DNA of 63,977 bases, counting the filler, from Folioceros fuciformis (Eukaryota), in the NCBI GenBank assembly GCA_049999805.1. It is 14 parts of 14 records of this genome, joined end to end, with 100 filler letters (N's around TTAATTAATTAA, not from the genome) between each part and the next. Parts side by side here need not be neighbours in the genome. Positions count along the whole stretch, not along the records: positions 29,165 to 37,913 come from JBNGIO010001827.1; positions 38,014 to 47,384 come from JBNGIO010001828.1; positions 47,485 to 50,231 come from JBNGIO010001829.1; 11 more parts are not named here. One strand, 5' to 3'. Position 1 is the first letter of the stretch, and the number at the start of each line of letters is the position of its first letter. The position numbers and the translations under genes were made by a program. Of the stretch, positions 36,185-48,029 are shown piece after piece. The notes under the pieces are model-generated. The model saw nothing but the letters and a program-made list of their open reading frames with translations. It was not told the DNA's origin and made no database searches.

Positions 36185-37060
36185 ACCTTTCTGTGCATCC
36201 CCACAAGGAGAGGTGCCATCCACAAACCGACGCACACGATCACTGCGGAAAGTGTTTTTTTCAATTCGAGACAAACCCTTAGACAGTAGTACAGTCTTGG
36301 TGACGGATACTAGTCATCCGCAGCACTTGGCAATCTATGACGTCAGTGATCGGAGTGGCTACACAAGGCGTTTTCCTATTGTTTACTGCGTTTTGGAGAT
36401 GGGATCAAGTACCAGTCCAGAGTGTGGAGAGTTATCTCCGTGCTGCACCGACCTGCAGTTTCACACTCTTGAGCTTGGAGGAAGCTTGGGGTCATTCCTT
36501 CCTTTCCCGACATTGAATTGTTTGAAGTTTCCTTGTCACCCCCATGGATGCCTAGCAGGCTTCTTGGTTACCTGACGCGGATCTCAAGTCCTATCCTCTG
36601 TGGCCAACCACTACATCAACGTCGAGTCAGTCCACGTTCCGAATCTGGGCGTCAAGATGCATTGCTAGCAGCGGCACTAGCGCACAGTCTCTTACGAGGA
36701 AGAGATGTAACTGGATCTGCTGGGCAAGCCGTCAGACACCCTCAAAGCATCCTCTACGCTGCCACGTATGGAATATGAGTGCACCACGCTAGTGCCAGTA
36801 TCGAGATCAGCTCCTCAAACCCTTGTGCTGAGGTTGCGAGTGACGTTGTTGACCCTGCCAGCAATTTCAAATACTCAACAGGCTTCTAGGATATGCTCAG
36901 ATACGTCATATAATCGTGTCCGGTGATGCCTCCTCTGGCATTCTTATAGAAAGCTTGGGCACTTCCTAGTCGAACCCCCATGCTCAAGAAATCCTGCGAT
37001 CATAGCATTCCAAGTAGCCCGCGCTCGAAGCCCGGCCTATCGAACTGAAGGTTAACACGC
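36185..37060 (-). pseudogene. Heavily decayed third PPR-DYW:KP copy
   Basis: Minus-strand remnants in the correct order: ATWNAM (about 37005), GTSVVHSYSIRGSVEDALRVSDGLP (about 36760), KKPAR (about 36555), SSKLKSVKLQ...PHSGLVLDP (about 36440), SRIEK...DRVRRFVDGTSPCGDA (about 36220). Confidence 0.8.
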
Positions 37061-37087
37061 TGAGTCCATCCTCCCTCTGCTTGTCGC

Positions 37088-37913
37088 CTATGCATACAGC
37101 GCTTTCAAGTCGTTAGCGAAAGCCTTCTTCACAGCCTCCCTCTTCAGCTTCAATGCCGCAGTGACAAGCCCAGTCTCGGGAGTCCACGCCTCAGGCAGCA
37201 ACCTAATCCTTGTTGGAATCTCAAAATTCTGCAACTTAGCCTGCTTTCCCGCTTGAACCAAAGACTTCAGCACCTCCTGAGCAGCATCCTTGCTCATACA
37301 CAAATCCTTGAGATCCCCAAACTGCACCCCGGTCCTCTTAGCCCAATCCTGCAACGCCGCCTCAGCCGCAACAACCAATGCCACCACAAAGCTGTGGAAC
37401 GGATCCGCGTGCAGCATAATATTGTCGACATACGGACTCACCACCAACGCCGCCTCCACCTTCCCCAAGGACACATACTCTCCATGCTGCAACTTCACGA
37501 TATCCTTCTTCCTGTCGATGATCTCCAAGCACCCATCAGGATGAAACCGCCCAATGTCCCCAGTATAAAACCATCTTATCCCTGTTGCATCCGTCTTGTA
37601 AACCTCCTGTGTCTTAGCGTCATTCTTGAAATACCCCAGAGTCACGCTCTGTCCCCCGATCACAATTTCCCCTCTCGGGTAGGGGGAATCCGACACCCGG
37701 TACCCACCTTCCTCCCAATTCACCAACCTCACGTAACAATGCGGCACCGGCGGCCCCACCCGACCCACAGACGTGTCATCCCACTCACTGAACGTCGCTC
37801 CCGCACAGGTTTCTGTCAGCCCGTATCCCTGCCCAATGGGAGCTCCAAAGCACACATTGATGAACCTCTGCGTGTCCCCAGACAAGGGCGCCCCTCCCGA
37901 CAAGAGCCCCCTC
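37088..37913 (-). CDS. Long-chain acyl-CoA synthetase (LACS8/9-like), 3' part
   Basis: [77 protein letters not shown]. Confidence 0.96.
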
Positions 37914-39099
37914 NNNNNNNNNNNNNNNNNNNNNNNNNNNNNNNNNNNNNNNNNNNNTTAATTAATTAANNNNNNNNNNNNNNNNNNNNNNNNNNNNNNN
38001 NNNNNNNNNNNNNAGAACAGATACTACACTTGATCTTAGCCAAAAGGCCGAGAAAGGTATATTTTACCCTCCGCCCCCTCACCCTCATATATCCCACACT
38101 CGTCACACTCCCTTCCGCAAACGATATGGGGCAACACATCACTAGGTTTTGCAATACATCACAATGCTGTAGCCTCCCTGTCCCCTCAACCACCTCTCCA
38201 ACGTTTCAATACCCTCCCTGAAATCGCAGTGTCTACTTCGATACCCGTGCCCCATACGCGCTTCGCTCCTCCACCTTACAGACACTCACTCGTGCCCACT
38301 TCTGCCCCTGCCCGGCCGCTCACATCAACCGTCAACGACCTTGTCAGCCCATGATAATTTGCGCGCGCCACCACACTTGCTGTTGTCCAAAACATCTCTC
38401 GATTGAGCCGGGCCTGCTCCGGATTGCTGTGCTCTCCGTAATGTTTGCGTTTGCATGCCACTCGCTTCCACCATGGTTTAGGCGTCTTCTGCGATCGCCT
38501 CATGGACAAATATCAGGTGCCCGTTGTGCCTCTCGTTTCTATCGCTCAAACCCCCTCAGCTCACAAGGCCAAATCTTGGATCCGCCGTGGCTTCCCACCT
38601 TTGCTTATTGCTCTTGCGCACGCGATGGATTGCGGCCCGTTTCGCCGGGGCCTTGTTCGCGGTGAGGCACCATCAAGGGCGGATTTCCTGGGCAGCTTTC
38701 AGCCTGCACTCCTGTCCCTTCCAATATTTACATAACCTCATGGCCAAGGTCTGCCCTAACGCATCTTGTCTCATCTCAGGCTCAAGCCTCTCAGCTCACT
38801 TCTGCTGCCTTCCCACCTGTCGTAGCGCAATCATTTGTTAGCTTGATCCAGTGTCCCCGCGGGGCAAGAAGTTCTTCCCCAGGACAAGCCACCGCATTTG
38901 GTTGCTGCAGCCGCAACGAGGAAATGCCCCAAACAGGGGTGGTCCACGCACGCTCCATTGGTGGATGCCTTAGCATGTTTGATCTTAACCTCTACCGCTC
39001 CCGTGGTCAAACGGTTTCCCTAGCGGACGCAGCTGCTTCCCGATTTTCCGGCCGATTTCATTATTTTTACCGATTTTTTATTAGAATGACAAATCTCCC

Positions 39100-39570
39100 T
39101 TGGACCTCTCATGCGAACCAAGTAGCGCTCTCCACCAATTTCCAAACTCCTCCTCGTCAACCTTTCGGGATGTAGAACAGCATTTCAATCCTGCACTTGG
39201 AGCTCTCATGCGCTCTCCATCCATTTCCAATTCCTCCTCGTTAATCTTTGGGAACGTAGAACAGCCAATTTCCAACCTGCACTTGGAGCTCTCATGCGCT
39301 CTCCACCCATTTCCAACTCCTCCTCGTCAATCTTTGGGGACGTAGAACAGCCAATTTCAAACCTGCACTTGGAGCTCTCATGCAAACCAAGAGGCGCTCT
39401 CCACCAATTTTCAACTCCTCCTCGTCAACCTTTGGGGATGTAGGACAGCATTTCAATCGTGTGCTTGGAGCTCAACATGTCAATCATGCACTTGGAGGTC
39501 TCATCCAAACCAAAAAACGCTCCTACTCCTCCTCATCAACCTTTGGGGATGTAGAACAACATTTCAATCC
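39100..39570. repeat. 86-97-bp tandem repeat x ~5 (TTGGAGCTCTCATGC...CTCCTCCTCGTCAACCTTTGGGGATGTAGAACAGC)
   Basis: Units start at about 39100, 39197, 39283, 39369 and 39492, with long and short variants. Confidence 0.88.
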
Positions 39571-39747
39571 CCCTCGGAATTTGGCAACCTACGATTCCTA
39601 AGCAAACTTTTATAATTACCTCAAACACTAATAATATCATAAACACCTTCACAAAATGGAAGATAAAAAGGTTCCATGTGTCTCAACTTCATCAATTTTG
39701 ATGCGTCGCATGATATTGCAAAACACAAGTGGGATATGCCATTTTAG

Positions 39748-39890
39748 GTGGACAACGGCATCAAATATGCCTTCCATGTGGACAATAGCATCAAGTATGC
39801 CATTCCATGTAGACAACAACATCAAATATGCTGTCCATGTGGCAAACAGCATCAAATATGGCTTCCATGTGGACAACCCCATCAAATTCG
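39748..39890. repeat. 30-bp tandem repeat (GTGGACAACAGCATCAAATATGCCTTCCAT) x ~5
   Basis: Read directly from the sequence. Confidence 0.88.
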
Positions 39891-39996
39891 GTACCTGGCA
39901 TGTCTACCAAATGAATCTTCTTATTACATATCCATCCATAAACCATACTTAGCTTCACAATTCACTCATACTCCAGAGCATTTAGCCATTCTCTTT

Positions 39997-40083
39997 GGAC
40001 AATGGGTAGATAATAGTTGAAGAAAGGACAATGGGTAGATAATAGTTGAAGAAAGGACAATGAGTAGATAATAGTTGAAGAAA
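39997..40083. repeat. 29-bp tandem repeat (GGACAATGGGTAGATAATAGTTGAAGAAA) x3
   Basis: Three near-identical copies. Confidence 0.92.
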
Positions 40084-40680
40084 GCAATTTCAGTTGTGGC
40101 TTTCCTTGCCCATCACCTTATCACCAATGAAAGATACTTGTGACATATCCTATGCCAATTTGGCAAGACCTGACAACTTAGCTAGATAGCCACATAATTG
40201 CCCAGCATGTTTATATATAGTGATCAGCAACTCCACAAAAATTGCGGGCTGCAATGAGCTCTATAGTGGATGCTACCTTGGTAGTCCCGGCAGCCAGCTT
40301 CTTCACAATGCCTGGAGCTCCTTTGAAATTCTGTAGGTTGTTCTTGTACTGGCCATATGTCTTCGTAGAACTAGCTGCATAGTGAGCATTCGCCACATCC
40401 AGCTTCTTTGTCACCTAGTACACGTAGTCAAGTGTGTACTCATCCCCAAACTTATCAAATATCGACAGTAAAATCTAGAATTGCAAAAAGGGTTCAGCCT
40501 CTAGTGCTCCTAGAAACTTTGATGCAACCTCGTTGCTAGTGATGCTCTTCGTGTCCTACATCATCTACATGGTTTCCCCTTTTAAGCGTTTAAACTTGAT
40601 GAAGGATCTTATCTTGTTGGTGCTCTTCGTGGGAAATTCTCTACCCAAGATGGCAAAGAAGGTATCAAAGGGGCTCTATC

Positions 40681-41300
40681 ATGAACAGGTGCATCCTTGA
40701 CAGCTTGCTTCTTCTAAGAGAAGCCAAATTTAATGTCCTAGCTCAACATAAACAAGCAGTCTTTATCTCCCTCGACTTTTGCAAGGCCTACGACTCAGTG
40801 GATTGGCACTTCCTATGGCAATGTTTCCGTAGCTTTGGTTTGGGTAACAACCTTCGTGAGTGGGTTACTATTCTTTGAGAGGAGGCTAGAGCAAAGGTTG
40901 CTGTCAATGGTTCCTTCACAAAGCACTTTCACATCACCCGCTCTATTCGGCAAGGTCGTTGTCTCGCTCCCTCTCTATTCATAATTGTGATCGACTTTCT
41001 ATTGAGAGCAGTGAATCACGATCCAGGAGCGGAAGGCATCTAAGCTCCGGATGGCTCACAACTCCACATATTGGCATTGTGGATGACACTATGCTCGTTT
41101 TCATAGCTTTTGAGGTCTTTCTGAGGGCAATGTTGCAAGAGATTCATACCTTTGGCCAACTATCAGGATGTAAAGTCAATTGGGACAAGACACACATATT
41201 GTGCCTTAATATGGGGGATGAAGTACCGCAATACATCATACACATTAGGCGAGTGCAACATGGCTCCTCTTCCCACACGTACTTAGGGCTACCTTTTCAA
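40681..41300 (+). mobile_element. LINE (L1/Tx1-like) reverse transcriptase pseudogene fragment
   Basis: SLDFCKAYDSVDWHFL, VAVNGSFT..F.ITRSIRQG.CLAPSLF, VDDT (YADD-like), FGQLSGCKVNWDKT, YLGLP. Stops and a frameshift present. Confidence 0.9.
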
Positions 41301-42088
41301 CACACATACATCAACGCTCCTAAGGATTTGCAAAAGAACTACCAGCCCACAACTAGCGCCACCTACAAATTTAGCTTCGAAGCAACAAGAATATGCTGGT
41401 TGTTCTTGGGCGTTGCAACGTCATCTCTCCTCTTGCTGCAATGTCCATCACCAGCTAGCTGCGCTTCCCACGTGCCCAAGATCTGCCCTCCCAATCTTCC
41501 TTGCATGCTCTTGGCCTTAGCCATTTTATTGTTGGCTACTGCCAAAATGGGTGAAAACCCTAAAATCTCAACCAAAACTTGTCTATGTAACCGGTTAGGA
41601 CAACCCTAGCACTAGGACAGTCCCGGGGCATCGGAATAGTCCTAGGACATGAACACACCTTAGACAGCATTAGCACACACATACTCATGACACCTTTGTG
41701 ACAGTCATAGCATGTGCGTACTCGGGACAGCCCCAAGTATCATCGTCTTAACACTACTAAAACATTGGTGCAAAGATGCCCCCAAATCTGTTGGTACTAG
41801 AAGAAAACAAATTTCTCTTGTTCTATGATTCGATGTAGGTCGAAAGCATGAGAAAGCAAACCATGTGATACTACTCGGGAGTTTTGGAGGGTTTTGTCAC
41901 GGGAGTTGAGGAAGGACCATTCCCCCTCAAAGAGTCCCTTAGGAGGGCCTAGGATCTCTTATCCTCACAAGCCCGATTGGTCATGCCTTCTTTTTCCTCC
42001 TTCCTTTGTGGGGGTAGGAGGGGGCTTTAGGCCACCCTTGTGGAAAAGCATTATGGCCAAGAGCTATAGGCCCTCATGCTAGACCATT

Positions 42089-42859
42089 GACAAGAAGGCC
42101 CAGGCATGCCTCTGATCTTATTCGGGGAAGGACGTTGGCTCTTGGTTGTCGGCCCCTCCATGCATCCAGGCTTTCTGAATCGCACTAGCTTCTTTCTCTA
42201 CCGCAATGAGGTTCCGCCTTGGCTTGGTCTAGCTGTTGGCCTGGTCTCTCTCTTCTTGTAGCTGTGGGGTCCCTCTCAATGACCTCGGGAGCCACCTGGC
42301 ATGTTGTACTATTGACGGGCAGCGCATCGCCACTCATAATGTAGTAAGGGACATTATGTTTTCTTTGGCCAAGGAGGGAGGCTTCTTCCCCTATAAGGAG
42401 CACCCATAAATCTTGCTAGATGGCGTCTCGCTCATTGCAAACCTTCCCCTGACCAAGGGGGACCAGGTTTCTATGACGGATGTGGTGGTCAGAGACCCCA
42501 CTCGGATAACCATTAGCGAGCATGTCGTTATCAACCCCCCGGGTTGGGAGGCAGAAGAAAGCGCGACAAGGAAGATGTGCAAGTACACGCCCATGCGGTA
42601 GGGTCACTTGTTCATCCCTCTTGCTATTGAAACGCATGGGGCCATGGGTAAGGATTTTTCCAGGTTCTTGAAGACATGCACGAAGGCCCATCACGTCAGC
42701 AAGAGCGGCATAGAGCTTCCCCTATCCAGCATGTTGGCATTTTTCCGGCAACGGGTTTCGATTGCGCTACAAAAGGCCTTGGCAAATGCGATTTTTTGGA
42801 CAACATCAAGCATAACGAATGCGGCTTCAGCGGCCCCGGTGGTAAGCAGTGCTAATAAA
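42089..42859 (+). mobile_element. CRE-clade-like non-LTR retrotransposon, C-terminal zinc finger and restriction-like endonuclease remnant
   Basis: A single frame with several stops: GSWLSAPP...FSTAMRFRLGL...CSCG...GSHLACC...RIATHNVVRD...KE...DVVVRDP...RKMCKY...FIPLAIETHGAMG...FRQRVSIALQK. Confidence 0.78.
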
Positions 42860-45800
42860 TGTGGAAGCAAGCTAATACAAAAAAAACATAATTAATTATG
42901 TAGAACAAGGAGTATCTTAAATACAAAATTGTTTGTGTCTATTGAGTTAACTAAGTAACCTAGGGTTACCTATAATTAACTATGTTGGGTTAATATCCCA
43001 ACACCCCCACTAAACCTAACATAGGTTATACAGCAGAAGTACTAAAAAGAGCATCATACCGTAATTAATAGTCGCATATGCGCCAGCTACTCACAAACCT
43101 TGTACGTTTAACACATGACGTCCTGACAGCACTCCTCTTAAGCTTTGCATGCCTCCTGCTTGGTACTGCAGTGACAAGAGCAAGGATGAAGACACGGTCA
43201 AGTGCCTCGCATGGCAGTGGTGATGCAGCCCTCGGCGTCCAAGGGAAACCAGAAGTAGGAGCAAAGAGGCAGGAGCAAGTCAGGCGTGCAGGCACCCTGC
43301 AAACTTGAAGAGGAACCCCAGCTACTGTGCATGCTCAGTTTCAAATAGAAGCCCCTGCTCCTGCTGTTCGTCCTCGCAATCCTAGCAATCACCCAGTGAT
43401 AGAGCTAGAATCCTCTGATTCCTTCAAAGCATCCAGGCCTAGCTTGATAGATATAGACCCAAAACCCAATTCCACGGATGACGAAGTGGAGAGCATTCCT
43501 CACAGCAAAGCCAGGGCTCTTGGAGGACCTTCCACAACTCTCATGCTAATTGAACACGTAGAAGCTATCTTTACAACGCTGGTTGAGATAGAGAATCTAC
43601 TAGACGTGAAGAGGGCCGAGGTGGCTAAGCAATAAGTAGCTTTGGTTGAAGAATCTGTTGAGAGAGCTACAGTTGCCGCAAACAAGGCCCTCGAGGACAT
43701 GGGAGTACACAAGGCAAGAAGTGTGGGACGTGATTGTAGTGTGTGCACCCACCGCAGTAGGCTATGCCCCTTGTGTGGAAAGAAGCTGTATGAGGTGAGA
43801 AGTCTATTTACCCAAGTAACAAGTTCTGCCCACGTTTAGATAAAGTTTAACACTGTTGTGATTCACTGGATAGAATTGATGCATAGGCTAACACTAAACC
43901 TATTCTCCTGTGCATAAAGGCTATGAGCCTAGTGTTGTCCCCCTTAAGTAATACCAGTCTACAGAGAAGAAGTGGCAAGAGCCACTAAGGTGCAGAACCT
44001 ATTATGTGGATAGGACAGAGTGTGAACACCAGCACTAGTTGTAGCCCTGCACATAGACATAGTTAGCTATTACCAGTAGCATAGCTGAACTGTTTAAGTC
44101 CAAGTGCAGCCATGTGCAGAAAGTGTTTTGCTTTGGGAAGCCTTTTTGTGAATATGTCGGCTATGTTTTAATGTGTGCTAACATACTCGACCTTGATGGA
44201 GCCTCTCTCTACTGCATCTCGTATATAATGATGATAGAGCTCTATGTGCTTTGTCCTCGCGTGAAATCTTTGATTGGAGACAAGGGCAATAGCGCTCATG
44301 TTATCATACTGCAAAGTTGTTGGTCCTTGCTGTGTCTACTATACTAACTCCAGGAGTTGCTTCTGCCACTCAACTTCTTTGCAGACATGTGTAAGTGCCT
44401 TGTATTCTGCTTCGGTGGAAGACAAAGCCAGAGAAGTCTATTTCTTGCAACTCCAATTGATAGAGCCAGAAGCAAGAATAAAACAGTAGGCGGAGAAACT
44501 CCAACGAGTATATGCATCTGATGCCCAATCAGCGTCGGAATAAGAGATAAGTTCCAGAGTTTTGATTTCGCTTGCAGCATATTATAGGCCATATAAGATA
44601 GTGCCTTTAAGATATCTTTGTATCCTTTTTACAGCAGCCCAGTGTAGTCTTCGTGGTTGCTTAAGGAATTGAGAAGCTTGACTAACAGCGTATTATATAT
44701 CAAGACGAGTTCAATTTGCAAGGGAAGATAAGACAACCCACGGCTTCAACATAAGGTACAGATTCCATGTCTTTGATATCCTCTGCACTTTGAGCAGACA
44801 TATCAGCTATAAGTTTCTCCCCCATTGCTGAGGGCGTGGAGACATGTCTGGCTTCATCAAGATGAAACCTTTTAAGGATCTCCTTCAAATATTTGGTTTG
44901 ATGTAGAGTGATGAGTTTTGCTTGCCTATTCCTCAAAATTTGTATTCCTAAACAAAACGGGAGCTCACCCTGATCAGTCAACTCGAACTCCTGCATGAGA
45001 ATGCTCTTAACCGTATCTAACTGCCTTGTGTCATTGCTCAGGAGCACACAGTCATCAACATATAGGGCTAGTATGACGAAAAGAGATTCTATGGCTAAGA
45101 GGAAAACATTAGTGTCAGCAAGGCTCTAAACAAAACCTAGCTTACGAAGGTACTTCATGATCCTCCTGTACCATGCCCTTGGGCTTTGTTTTAACCCGTA
45201 AATTGTTTTGAGAGGTTTGCATACCTTCTTGGCCCATTTTTTACTAACAAACCCTTGTGGCTGTTGCATGTACAAGGTTTCTTCAAGCTCTCCATGCAAA
45301 AAGGTTGTGCACACATCCATTGGGTGGACCTCCAAGCTGAAATCAGTAGCCATGGCCAGCAAGATACAGACTAATGGAGGTTTAACCATTGCAGAAAACG
45401 TGTCACAGCAATCGATACCCGGAATCTGGCTAAAGCCCCTGGCCACTAAATGTGATTTGTACCTGGCAATGGTGCCATCTGCTATAAGTTTTGTTTTAAA
45501 TACCCATTTGCAACTGATGGGTTTCCTTCTTGCTAGCATATGGACAAGCTCCTAGGTGTTATATTTAATGAGGGATGCATACTTTTTATCAATTGAAGTC
45601 CTCCAATTTCGACCATCAGGCCTATTTACTGCTTCATCGTATGTCTGGGGATCAGGCCTCACTTCAGGTACTTTAAAATCTGAGACATGAGCCTATGCCC
45701 TTCTAAAGTCAATAGCTTGATATGGAGGTTCATCCCACTGTTCACATGGTTGTCTGTCCTTTGTAGGATAGCAAGGAGTAGGCTCATCAGGTTCATCATA

Positions 45801-46563
45801 AGCAACAGCATGGGCAGCAGCAACATCCTCACCATCTAAAAAATCGGCCAGTTCTACCCCCATTATAGAGTCTGGCCGAGCATCTCCAAAACCCCGTATA
45901 GCAGACTCATCCTCCCCTGCAAGACCCATGTCTACATCTGGTAAGGGTGCTAGAGCATCTTGTGCCCCATCAGATTCAGGATAATCAACTAGTTGTTGTT
46001 GGACTAAAGGTGCTGGAACAACTGTAGGAATTACTGGTGGGCCTTGTGCAAGAACTGTCTGGACAGCTGGAGTAGAAGGGTCTAAGAGATCATCTACTTT
46101 GAGTTGGCCAGTATCCTCAGAAGGATCATTAGATACTCGTAAATCAACAATTGGTGGGTTTCTAGGGGCAGTGAGCTCATCGAACGTCACACTGCAAGCT
46201 AGCACAACACGCTGAGTTGAAGGTTCGTATAGCTTGTATGCCTTAGAAACTTTTGAATAGCCAAGGAAAATATATGGCTTGGCCCTATTATTTAATTTCT
46301 TGCGTCGTTGCTTGGATACATACGCATAGGCTGGGGAGCCAAGACTCTCATATGCAAAAGACTCAGCTTTCGCTTCCAAAATGCTTCATAGGGAGTTTTT
46401 TCAGGCACAGAAGTCGTAATAACCTTGTTTAAGATATAGGCCGCTATAGATAAGGCTTCTGCCCAATAGTGCTTGGGTAGTCCTGCCCATCCCAGCATGC
46501 TTCTAGTCATTCCCATGAGTGTGTGATTCTTGAGTTCAGCCACACCGTTTTGTTGTTGGGTGT
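42860..46563 (-). mobile_element. Degenerate Ty1/Copia element: integrase, RT, RNase H, PPT and 3' LTR (43003..42860)
   Basis: QQNGVAE, YWAEA, CKWVFKTK...YKSHLVARGFSQIPGID, LYVDD, NIADIFTK. G-rich PPT followed by TGTTGGG...TTCCACA. Confidence 0.93.
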
Positions 46564-46711
46564 GTTGGGTTATTAAAGCCCAATGTTCTTAGACTAATAT
46601 GTTTAGTCTAAGATTAGTGTATAAGATTAGCTTAACTTAAGCTAATCTTTCGGAAGCTTCTTAAGAAGCTTTCTATGTGCTTCTTGTGAAGCTTCCTTGG
46701 GACTAGGGGGT

Positions 46712-47384
46712 TGTGAACCTCCAAAGTTTGGGGTAGTGGTTTGTTTTGGTTGAAAAATGGTTAATAGTGGTATGGTTTGGTTTTCTTTTTCTACTTCTTT
46801 TCCCTAATTTTTCCTATTTTTCTTTGTGTTAATTAGGTCAATTGACTAGGAAATGGTTGGTTTGGTTATTAGAGTGGGCACAGATCTGGTTCCAGACCTG
46901 GGAAAGTTTAGGGCCGGTACTGGGCCATAGGGTTGGGAAAGGTTGAGTCTAGGTCTGGTGATTAGTTTAATATTAATTAAAGATATAAAATATTAAATGA
47001 ATAAATAATAATAAAATATCATTAAATAATATAATAATGTCGGGTATGTCAGTGTCAGGGGTCAAAGCTGTGGGGTATGTCAGGCTGGCTGATTGCCTGG
47101 CTGTCGTGAATGGTCATGAAGGCTGTGCTAGGGCTAGAGGCAGGGGTTGCGGCCGCCCCCATCCCCCTTCCCCTTTCTCCCTTCCTCCTTCATTTTCGTC
47201 TTGCCCCTCTTCTTCTTCTTCCCCTTCCTTGTCCATCTCTTTTGTCCTTGCTCCCGTTGTTGTCTTGCTGCCGATGCTACCATTTCTTCCCCCCTCCCCT
47301 CTCCTGCCCGCTCCTCCTTCGCCATCCCGCATCCCGCTCCCTCCCCTTGGCCCCTAATCTAATGTTTTAGGGACCGTATACGGT
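46712..47384. mobile_element. Terminus of a dispersed repeat (LTR-like, begins TGTGAACC), shared with 52280-52389
   Basis: 46712-46830 is a close reverse complement of 52280-52389 on another contig, and both end at the same TG/CA boundary. Confidence 0.65.
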
Positions 47385-48029
47385 NNNNNNNNNNNNNNNN
47401 NNNNNNNNNNNNNNNNNNNNNNNNNNNNTTAATTAATTAANNNNNNNNNNNNNNNNNNNNNNNNNNNNNNNNNNNNNNNNNNNNGCACTCGACAAGCATG
47501 ACAGGGGCCAAGCCAACTTGGGTGCGTCAGGAAAATGCAGACAGGGGGCCCCGGAATCCGTGCCCTTGTACTGATTCAGAAGTGTATGTTCCTTGCTGCT
47601 GTTGGGTTGGACAGGATTGTGTGTTTGGTGGGGGGGAGCGACGACGGTGGAAGCTGCTTTGCAGACAACGGTGGCGGTGTCAGATGTGCGCTGCAGGACT
47701 GACAGCATCCAGGGGCTGCCATCTACAGAGGCAGATGTGCAAGCCGTGCCTGGGATCGAACAAGACCAAGGGGAACGAGGCAGGAAGCAGACAGATTTGC
47801 AAAACAGTGCATGAACTCATTCGCAACTGAAAACATATATACAGAGAGAAAATAACTCTTGGTAACTGTTCGGGCTACAATAGCAACTACCAAAACCATC
47901 TGGTAACTTACTAAGAGATGTATCTACCATCACTCCCACTTAGTTCTAGTGTAGTCCGCACACATGAACTCCTTCAGAACTGGATATTAGTGAGCAGTCC
48001 TAGCCTTGGCGCTTGCTGGGATTTATTGA

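Noticed and set aside
37253-37913. 238-aa + strand ORF, and similar antisense ORFs over SEC23, the PPR genes and the HSPA12-like gene
   Set aside because: Shadow ORFs of real genes on the opposite strand.
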